Shown here piece after piece: positions 44,056-53,500 of a DNA stretch of 64,000 nucleotides. This DNA is from a virus. The stretch's first letter is position 1. Each line of letters begins with the position of its first letter. The stretch is from the IMG/VR virus record IMGVR_UViG_3300020474_002475, positions 32,001 through 96,000 of that record; one strand, given 5' to 3'. The translations under genes were made by a program, and so were the position numbers. Below the pieces are notes generated by a model, which had not been told where the DNA came from, made no database searches, and was given only the letters and a program-made list of their open reading frames with translations.

Positions 44056-46365
44056 TTACGCAGAATTTGGGTCTATACCAGAATAAATTGGCTGAAAATC
44101 GCCTTCGCCAGTAATTGTATTATCTTTTGAGTAGTAGCCTATATCTACAAGGTTTGCTACAGTGACATTAGATAGTATGGAATTTTTTCTATATGTTGTA
44201 TTCATAATATCTTTAATGCCGACATAAGGAGTGTCAACACTACAATTTAATGGTGTAAAGCATTCTCCGTCTGTTAAATAATTGTCTTCCCAAAAACTTG
44301 GAACATCATTAAAGTTGTTAGTGCTAGTAACGCCACTTGTCTGTTCTATAGGAATATATTTTCTGGTATATCCACCAGTAACACCATGCGCTACTCTATT
44401 ATATTCAATGCTTGTCTTACTATAAAAAGCTTGATCTAAGAAATAATTTGATACTACATTATTATCTCTACTCCATGATGTACTGCCAAAGCCAAGAGCC
44501 TGTCCTAATGCGCGAGTAAAAACGTTAACCCAATCTGCTCTAGAATAAGTAGGGTTTGCGGTACTTCGGTATCCATATCTTCTATTGATGAAAAGATTAA
44601 ATGACGTAGGGATTCTAAGAGAATCAATTGTAGCAAACTGTCTGCATTCTTGATCAACGTCCCTAGCTTTAATGCTATTTCCAAAAGCTGCTTTTTCTAA
44701 TTTTAAACCTTTCCAGCTGGTTCGAAAATTTACACTACTTTCATACTGAAGCTTGCACGCTTCATATCTTGACTTATCTTTTACTTCATATCTGTAGCCA
44801 TCATGAGCATCTGTATCCGTTACTTTGTGAAACTCAACCAAGCTTAGATGTTTATCCCATCTGTCGGCAGCTTCATTTAAAATACCAATCCAGTATTGAT
44901 CATTAAGGATATCAAAACTATGTCTGTCAAATAAACTTACGTCGGTAAGATTTATATATGGGCCATTACTATATCTATCTATATATGCTATTCTGGAAGG
45001 AAGAACATTAGTTCTAGTGGCATGTTTTCTGTATACATTAACTCCACCTTCTTTACCATAATATGCTGCTTTATACCATTCGTTTTCATTCGGTATAAAA
45101 TATCTAGCAAAATCTGTTCTTGTTAGAGTCTGTAAAGGATTACTTAAATCATAAGCTCCTTTATTAGTATTCGTTGTGTCGGTAGAGGTGCATCTATTAT
45201 GCAACCAATTGGAATATCGTGCTGCTTGAAGCCATGTAATACCAACAACAGGTTTGTTGTCTTGGTTTACTACAGGAATATACTTATACTCTATTACTTT
45301 TCCGCTATACGTTCTGCCAGTTGCTTCCCTTACAATACCGTGGCTCATATTAAGCTGTTTCCTATTACTCGCTGGCGTATAATATACTTCAGAATCGTTA
45401 GCATATTTAGCAACCTCGTTTAAATATGCACAATATTCACTATTAGTAACAACATATTTGCCAATATAGTAATTGTAATTAACACGACCATATCCTGGTG
45501 AAAAACCATCAGGATTATTACCGCTAGAATCAATTAAAACCATATTTTTTAAATTCAATGTATTGTCATCTGAAACTGTAATAGATAGACCAGTGCCTCC
45601 AGCTATTGGAGCTGCGTCCACAACTACTCTGTTATATGCTACCCCACTAATGGTTGTATAACTAGTAGACAAAGTTTGTACTTTAGTATTATCTTTGAAT
45701 AATGTAGAATTTTTAATGTCCATCCCAGGTGCAACTGTGATTTCACCCAATGATATTTGACCGGATGGAATATTGACTGTGGTATTACCGCTAGTCATTA
45801 ATACTCCTGTAAGATTAAATACTCTAGATGCTGCAGCCAGCCTAAAGCCTACAGAATCTGATGGAGAATTAGGAACTGAATACTGTAACGGTGATTCTTT
45901 ATTTATGTCTCCACTACTAGAAACATAAGAACCTCCTCTATTAGAATTACCATAGCCAAAATTTTGACTTGGAGGAATAAAGACGGGTGTTACTGTAGGA
46001 GGTCTGATAGGTTGGTCTGGTGGTGGCGGAGGACCTACAGGCACTCCAGAAGCAAAATTAAATTGACGTTCTATTGGGGCGTCAGATACTTGACGGTTTG
46101 CCGGAATAAAAATCTCAGACCCTGTAGGAGTAACAATAGGTTTAAAAGTATCATTAGCTGAAAACAATACCTTTTTTTCTATATGTTCAGAAACCCCACC
46201 TGTTTGATCGTATGTACCAAAAAATGAAGGAGATCCGTTTGTTCCGACACTAGTGATCAAAATGTTCGATGAATATGGGCCTGGAGCGCCCGTAGCATCA
46301 CGCAAACCCGAAGGAAAAGGAGATGTAGGGTGACCATAATTAGCAGTATTAATATTGTAGCTCAT
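44056..46365 (-). CDS. Virion or adhesin-like protein: permuted FGE (sulfatase-modifying factor, C-type lectin fold) halves plus inactive leishmanolysin (M8)-like domain
   Basis: N-terminal SVGTNGSPSFFGTYDQTGGVSE...RGGS...VGFRLA (FGE C-half); central IGKYVVTNSEY...PVVGITWLQAARYSNW...PNENEWYKAAYY (FGE N-half); C-terminal AADRW...TRALGQALGFG...IPIE...LSNVTVANLVDIGY. Confidence 0.8.
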   Translation of the reverse strand: MSYNINTANYGHPTSPFPSGLRDATGAPGPYSSNILITSVGTNGSPSFFGTYDQTGGVSEHIEKKVLFSANDTFKPIVTPTGSEIFIPANRQVSDAPIERQFNFASGVPVGPPPPPDQPIRPPTVTPVFIPPSQNFGYGNSNRGGSYVSSSGDINKESPLQYSVPNSPSDSVGFRLAAASRVFNLTGVLMTSGNTTVNIPSGQISLGEITVAPGMDIKNSTLFKDNTKVQTLSTSYTTISGVAYNRVVVDAAPIAGGTGLSITVSDDNTLNLKNMVLIDSSGNNPDGFSPGYGRVNYNYYIGKYVVTNSEYCAYLNEVAKYANDSEVYYTPASNRKQLNMSHGIVREATGRTYSGKVIEYKYIPVVNQDNKPVVGITWLQAARYSNWLHNRCTSTDTTNTNKGAYDLSNPLQTLTRTDFARYFIPNENEWYKAAYYGKEGGVNVYRKHATRTNVLPSRIAYIDRYSNGPYINLTDVSLFDRHSFDILNDQYWIGILNEAADRWDKHLSLVEFHKVTDTDAHDGYRYEVKDKSRYEACKLQYESSVNFRTSWKGLKLEKAAFGNSIKARDVDQECRQFATIDSLRIPTSFNLFINRRYGYRSTANPTYSRADWVNVFTRALGQALGFGSTSWSRDNNVVSNYFLDQAFYSKTSIEYNRVAHGVTGGYTRKYIPIEQTSGVTSTNNFNDVPSFWEDNYLTDGECFTPLNCSVDTPYVGIKDIMNTTYRKNSILSNVTVANLVDIGYYSKDNTITGEGDFQPIYSGIDPNSA

Positions 46366-46384
46366 CTAATGTCTCTCTTTATGG

Positions 46385-47173
46385 CTAAGAAGTGGTAGGT
46401 GTCAAAGTTGGTGTAACGCTTGGGGTTATACTTGGCGTTACGCTAATTGTTGGCGTTAGAGTTGGAGTCACACTAATTGTAGGAGTAATTGATGGTGTTA
46501 TACTAGGAGTGGGTGTAGGAGTAGTAGTCGCTGTAGGCGTAGCGGCTATGTATCCAAGACTTCTAGAGGTTGGAGTGACAGTAGGCGTTGGGGCAGGAGT
46601 GCTGGTAGGCGTTGCTGTCACAGGGACTAGTGTAGGCTGAATCTTACACTCGGTGTCTGTACAGGTTAAAGTGTATGAATGTGAACTAGAAACATCGGAA
46701 GATATAAATACTACAACTTTATTTGCATTGACAGGTTTACATAAAGTTACGGTAGCGCTTCCAGATCTCATTCCCGTATCAAATATAATTTCATCTTTAT
46801 GTCCTGGAATACCAGACTTTTCAGTTCTGGCCACTACTACAAATCGGCTAGCAATAGAATATGCATTATATGCAAATGTAAGCTCTATTGCATCATCACT
46901 AACTTCATACTGATCTCCGTAGATTTTATATTCAGGATTAGTTCTTGTTACTGTTTGTCCGCATACTTGAGTAGAAGTTCTAGGATAGTTGTTTACATTA
47001 TCGTCTTCTGCATCATCTTCTACCGGAATTCCCAGCATATGTGCAAGAACTTGGACAAAATCGCCTACTGTTATTTTTCTTGTCTCACTAGTGTTTTTGT
47101 CTACTAATATTAATAAATCTTCATTAGAAACATCTAAAGTTTCAGCAATCGACAACTCTGAAATTTTTGGCAT
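46385..47173 (-). CDS. Structural or appendage protein with KISEL N-terminal motif and mucin-like Pro/Thr tail
   Basis: MPKISELS...DLLILVD...TRKITV fibre-type N-terminus; C-terminal about 80 aa of TP/ITPS/VTPT repeats. Confidence 0.75.
   Translation of the reverse strand: MPKISELSIAETLDVSNEDLLILVDKNTSETRKITVGDFVQVLAHMLGIPVEDDAEDDNVNNYPRTSTQVCGQTVTRTNPEYKIYGDQYEVSDDAIELTFAYNAYSIASRFVVVARTEKSGIPGHKDEIIFDTGMRSGSATVTLCKPVNANKVVVFISSDVSSSHSYTLTCTDTECKIQPTLVPVTATPTSTPAPTPTVTPTSRSLGYIAATPTATTTPTPTPSITPSITPTISVTPTLTPTISVTPSITPSVTPTLTPTTS
46388..46630 (-). repeat. Coding Pro/Thr/Ser repeat
   Basis: TPTSTPAPTPTVTPT...TPSITPSITPTISVTPTLTPTISVTPSITPSVTPTLTPTTS. Confidence 0.85.
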
Positions 47174-47203
47174 GACTTATCCTGTTTTATTAGAGTAATT
47201 ATT

Positions 47204-47216
47204 TAATATATACACC
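47204..47216 (-). promoter_or_regulatory. GGTGTAT motif on minus strand, putative phage promoter
   Basis: Reverse complement reads GGTGTATATATTA, about 30 bp before the ATG at 47173. Confidence 0.6.
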
Positions 47217-47587
47217 TACCATTTATTTATAGGACATTTTTGGTCTGCCCAAGCCAATTTGCTTATATAGTTTTTACCTTGTTTTAAGGGGCAGCCACAA
47301 AGTTTACAGCTGTGATTATGGAAATTCTCGCATTTTACGCAAATGTCGTATCTCTTGGATATGGTTTCTTCATCACACATTGGTGCTCCAAGAGCTATAT
47401 GATCAAATGTGGCCAAAGCAAAATTTTTAATTTTTTTAATAAAATTGCTCATTGTGCTATCTTTAGATATTGATGTGGTGCATAGATAGACAGGTTCAGA
47501 TAACTGATATTCTTTAAATAGTAATTCTGTATTACAATTTTTACACTTAAAATGCATACCGTCATATGTAATAAAATCACATCTCAT
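47216..47587 (-). CDS. Cys-rich small protein (DUF6171-like C-terminus)
   Basis: RYDICVKCE...CKLCGC...KLAWADQKCPINKW; start moved to ATG 47587. Confidence 0.72.
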   Translation of the reverse strand: MRCDFITYDGMHFKCKNCNTELLFKEYQLSEPVYLCTTSISKDSTMSNFIKKIKNFALATFDHIALGAPMCDEETISKRYDICVKCENFHNHSCKLCGCPLKQGKNYISKLAWADQKCPINKW

Positions 47588-47591
47588 TTTA

Positions 47592-50500
47592 TTAATCCTC
47601 AACCTCATAACCTGGATCATATTCATACGGTATCCATTCAAAAGGGTCTTTGCTTTCATCCAAATCGTCTATATGCTCTAGATTATCCTTGCTTCCAAAA
47701 TATGATCTAATAATCATTTCATTTTTAATTTTAAAATAATCAGGAACCGGCACGTGCTTAAGTTGATTGGTGTCTATACAATGCCACAAAGCCAATACGT
47801 TGCTAAATGGCCCTCCGGGGCCGATACTGGGCAAAACTTTTTCTAAATTTCCATTATAGTCTGCACCATATCTTTCATAGTGAGTATCCAATTTTCTAAG
47901 TTTCCTAGGTATAACCTTACTTCTACAAACAAGGTTATCAGACTCTAATACGGATTCGGGTATGATATCTTTTACTTTTCCTTGATACTCTTGGTATGCT
48001 TTACGATAAAGTCTGTTGCCGTCACTATCTCTTTTTTCTCCTGCATAGTTGTCAAAAAAGTCTTCGTTAGGCACTAAATACTTCTCAGTAACTTCTACTA
48101 AAATGTCTGATCGATTTGTATCTGGTCTAATAAAGAAGGATCTAGTTGCTGTACCTCCACCATCAGCCATTCTAGGTCCAGGAAATGTAATTTCTTCCCA
48201 TTGATTAGCTCCTATTCCGTATTTAGCATTGTAATCTACTTTTTGTCTAGCTATCTCATTTAATTGAACCTCATATGTAAAAACATTACCTGCATTATCG
48301 AATATAATTTCTGGAGATTGAAACCCTCTTGCTTGACTAGGACAAACATTCTGAGCATCTTGATCTAAAACAGGTATAACCCCCAGATCTCCCGCAACTA
48401 CTGCTGTTGTTGGAAAACAGGTATATTTGGCTTCTACTAAAATTTTTATACTGCTATCTTTGGATGTTTTGCACTTTTGGTGCGGATCTATATTAATCCA
48501 ATAAGATGGAATATCTGTATTTGCATATGATATTATTTTTATGGGTTCAAAATTATCTGTAGAGTTAAATATAATGGTGCCATGATATCGAATATCTGCA
48601 TTTCCATATGGAGTATATATTACATTATAAGTTTCCGGTTCATATATAATACCTACAGTATCTAATATATTTAGTAGCTGATTTCTTTCATTTGTTAAAT
48701 TAGATAATTCATTTCTCGCATTAAACTTTTGACATTTTTTAGCCCTATTAGCCACAACATAATCACTAGCAGAAAAACATGCAGCAGCATCTTCAGGAAG
48801 AGTATTAACTAATCTTTTCAAAAATGCTATGCTCATATTTTTATATAAAGTATCTTCATCAAATTCAGCATCTTGTTGATCCAAAAATTTTAATCTGGAC
48901 AAAATAAATTGAGACGCATCGTTTCCAAAAGAGACTGGAGTCACGGATTGTTTTCCTATAGCAACTCCTAAATTGTAAGCATAAGAAAATTCATAGTCAC
49001 CCTCTACACACAGATATCCATTATTATCAATATCTTTAAAATCTGAATTATTAAGCTCTACTATATTAGGACTATCGGGACCATTGTTGTGTACATTATT
49101 TAACAGATGTTCGAAATTATTAGGCCCAACAGTATCACGAGTAACTGGAACTTCAAGTTTTTCAGATCTATTGTTACTAATATTTTCCCAAGGTGAACCT
49201 CCATGTCCTTGAGGTGTGTTAAATACACTACTATCGTTATTATCTTTAGTGCTATATATATAATCTGATGAAAGTCTGTCTTTTGGATCAAGAATGTTAT
49301 AAATATTGTAGGAATAACCAGCAGTTAGAGAATGAGTTGGTCCATTTGCCATTCCTTGCAAAACAGTACCTTGTTCTTTTTTACTGTTATTTACGATATC
49401 TGAACCACCTAAATTATATGCAAAGTTTCTATCAGCTTTTCTTGTCTCAATCCTATCAGCATATTTGCTGGATGCAGAAAATAGTGTGATTCTATTATTG
49501 GGTTTTACATTACATTCTTGATTATTAAAAATGTCGAAAATAGTAGGAACATCATTAACTTGCAATTGATTAGAATAGGTTGTAGAATTTATAACGGGTG
49601 TTGCAGAACCATAGGCCCCTTTAGGGAAAAGAGTATTACCGGGAGGAGTAGCTGGATTTCTAGAATTGTAATGATCAGATTCTTTATCTGACCATATAAT
49701 AATATTAAAATCTTCTTCAGGTTTGAGTATTATTTCTTGTCCAGCACCAGGTCTGTTTGTCACAAATTCTAATACCGTATATTCTTTCTTATCCTTTAAT
49801 ATTTTACCTCTAGCCTTTACAATATATTCATCTCCAGATAGTGTTTGCACCGTATTGCCAACTTGAAAATAATTGTATGCTCTAGTACCTGCTATTAAAC
49901 ACATATTATTAAGCCTTCTAAGATCTAATGATAGTACATTGTTTTGACACAAAACAGGTAAAGGAATATTTGTATTATTTAATAATTCCCAACCTTCTTG
50001 TTTTGCAACATATAGGTTATCATTAAAATCTACCAACCCTCCTTCAGCAGGCAGTTTGTTAATAATCAAACCCTCTGAATTAACTATATTTAAAGACTGT
50101 TCTTCTATAGCTCCCATGCCAGAAAAAACATTACCTGTAAATAAATCTTGTAATTTTCTAACCTCTTCTACCACTGGAAAAACACTTAATTCTGGTATAG
50201 TATTTGTTTTAACATATTTTCTAATTTTGCGTTTAAGCAATGGTGTGTTACTATATTTATATATAGCAGCTTCTACATCGTACACAAAAGGTCCGTTTGC
50301 ACCTACTTGTAATAATATTTTATCATGACCACCAAAGCCTCTTTTAGTATAAACACTTCTGACAAATGCCTCCTTAAGTGCTGCTGCTACTCTTGCTCTT
50401 TTAATACTGCTTAAGAATCTTGTAATACCAGCCATAGCAGATAAAAATGCGCCAAAACCTACACTCAAACCAATAATACCACCCAAAGCTCCCACAGTTA

Positions 50501-53500
50501 AAGCCGCCAATCCCAAAGCTATAAGCTCTGATGGAAATCTAAGTTCTGGAGGTCTTCTTATAAGTGCAAGACTGTTGTCAATTGTTTCTCCATAACTGCA
50601 TGGATTTAAGTCTGCTAATTTTTGATTAGGTGCGTCTTGAACAGCTTGTGGTATCTTAAACTCTATATTAGGGTCTGACGATATAAAGTTATATCCTGGT
50701 ATGTTTGGTTCCCATCCATATTTAATTTGTCCAAGATTGTCTGTAGGAGTAAAATCATCGGTATCAAAATGTAAAATTAATTCCCAGGAACATAAAGAAT
50801 TAAAAACACTATCTGATCCTGGTTTAGTAGTTGTGGTATCTGTATATGTTTTGCTTGGTAAGTTACTAATGGTGTCCAAACTTGTCATATCATCATCATG
50901 AAAGGTCGATATTTGGAGAGTAAAAGTAGTCTCTGAATCAGGTTTTTCAATTTCTCCTTCTTCTGATGTTATGTCTAAAGCGCCTTGGAAAACAGGCTGA
51001 TCATAAAATTGAACAAAACTATTAACTGGCAAAAATATATCATTATTCTTGATAGCAGTAATGTATTCATCTGCATGAGGATAGCCCGTAGGACTTATAG
51101 CAAGAGTTGGTTGTAGCTTTATATAGTTTGTAGTATTAACTTTTTGATTGATATTGATCCCAGCGTTAGTATTAAGATTTCTAGGAGTCAGGTGTTTTGA
51201 GAATCTATCGGAAAAATGCAACACAGTATCAACCGTATTGGAATCTACATGTTCTTCATTTAACAAATTCAAAGTATAGGTACCATACCTAGTTAAATTT
51301 GTATACTGTAAATGTTCTAAATATTCCGCAATACCACTATGGTTCATATAGTTAGAAGGGACATTGACCTTTTCGCTTCTAGAGTTCTTGATTTCTGTCT
51401 TTAAGCCCTGATTAGATTTATCAACATTAGACAGAACAGGAGATGATTTTCTAGACAAAAGAAAGTTAAATGGATCGCTTCTAAAAGTAAATGCCTTCTT
51501 TTCCGGTGCGTTACCCTGTATAGTATCTACTAAATCAAAAGCATCTTGTTCTGGTTCTGTTAGCTTTCGAATTTTTTTACAACTCCTAACATTTAAAGAA
51601 ATTCTTGTATTTTTTAGATTTACTTGATTTAAAAAGTTTAATTTAACTTCAATATTTCTAATCTTAGGAAACAGCAGATTACTACCATATATTCTGTCGC
51701 CACCATCTCCTGACCCTCCTTTATTTTCTATCCTCCTACCTCTAACCCCCATGTCATAACCACCATAGCTTGCTGAAGTAAATTCATCCTGAAGCAAATA
51801 ATCTTTAGGTTTGTTTAGACCGGGATCACCAAACTGTCTATAACCGTGATGCACATCTATTGTATCGTTATCTGTAGTGTCTTGTAAGACCTCAACACTT
51901 CCTCCAGGTCTATCCACCATTGTTACATCTAGAGTAGAATTTGTCATTGAAATACTTGAAGACTGACTATCTATATCACCTCTTATGGTATTATAAAAAC
52001 CTTTACCGATAAATGAAAAAGTTGTTCTGTCTCCTGGATTAAATTTTAATGCACTGGTTTTATTATGAAAAGGCTCTTTAGTAGTGTTGAAGATAAAACC
52101 ACTTTCTGGATGAAAAGTTCCTTTACTAAATCTTATATTCGGATTATTAGCGGGATAATCATTCCTAGAATCTGTATCTGTATATATCTTTGCTTCTCTT
52201 AAGTAGCAAACTTTGCTTGCAGCATTTAAAGGATGACCGAATACAGTATCTACATTTGCTTTGGGAAGAATAAGATCTTTGGTTTTTAAGCCAACAACAT
52301 CGGTAACTAAAGTATCTTTCATATCAATAGACCCAAAACTCATATTAACTCCATAGTCAGATAAGGGTGGCATTGGATGTAAAGTTACCTCACTTTTTCT
52401 TATGCCTCTTTTTTGCTTAGGATTATATTCATATTCATTAAATACATCGGTTTGACCAGGTATGTCTCTATCAAATCGAGTTTCTGTTCTCGCATTTGGC
52501 CCCATAATAGTTCTGGTAGTATTATATAATAAATTCCTATATACGCTTTTACAACCAGAGTGGTTTCTGTCTCTAAGTCTTTCTAAATTAATTTTATATA
52601 ATTTTATTACAGTATTATTGGGTCTGTATCTTATGAAAAATTCCGTGGCGCTTTCACTAATTTCTTTTACAGGAGAATAGAAAAATTTATTATGCTTGTT
52701 TGCGCCGTCTAGTCTGCCTATGTAATACATTCCGTCCACCTGACCATCATCATTAGGTGCAGACACACTAGTAGATACAGAAACATAAGAATTACTTTTA
52801 ACAGGCTGTATAGCACCAAATTTGCTAAACATTAATTGGGTAATATTGGGAACGAATGATCTGTTATTATCATTAGGGATAATTCTAGCAACAACTCTTC
52901 TTCCATCAATAAATTTGTCTAATTCCCCTTCTCTATTTCTATTAAAAGTCACAGGACTCTTGCTAAAGGTATTATAGTAGTTTGGTGGCACAAAAGCCAC
53001 TGCCTTATCTACTATTCTCGTACCTGTTTGTTCTTTTGTAATTGGGTCAATAATCTTTTCTTCAAATTTATAAGCTGGCAACCCGAATTCATCAATCCCT
53101 ACATTACAACCGGTTTTATTTACTACATAAACATCTACCGTATCTTTTAGAGCCAATTCTCCTAATGTTACAGTAAGAGCTATTGTAAACTTACCAAATG
53201 TTCTAAATTTAAATTTAGGGTTGGGCTCAGTAGCATCTGAAATTGATAAACCCCTTTGTGGTCCGGATTGTTTGGTCCATTTATATTCTAAACTCCCAAT
53301 AGAGTAGAAAGGAATAGTGTCTCCGGCTTTATCAAGTATCTTTTGAATTAGTGAAAGATCTATTTCATGTTCTATATTAAAAGAACCTGTGGTCAGTCTG
53401 TCTACGCCTGGAGCAAAACTGAATCCATTAAATTTTTCTGGAACACCACATTGAGGATCTGGTATAGTAGCTGGAATATGTATATCAGGACCAGCACTAA

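Noticed and set aside
44056-46365. Diversity-generating retroelement targeting the FGE/C-type lectin domain
   Set aside because: No reverse transcriptase and no TR/VR repeat pair differing at adenines seen in the window; the GFRLA end is internal to the protein
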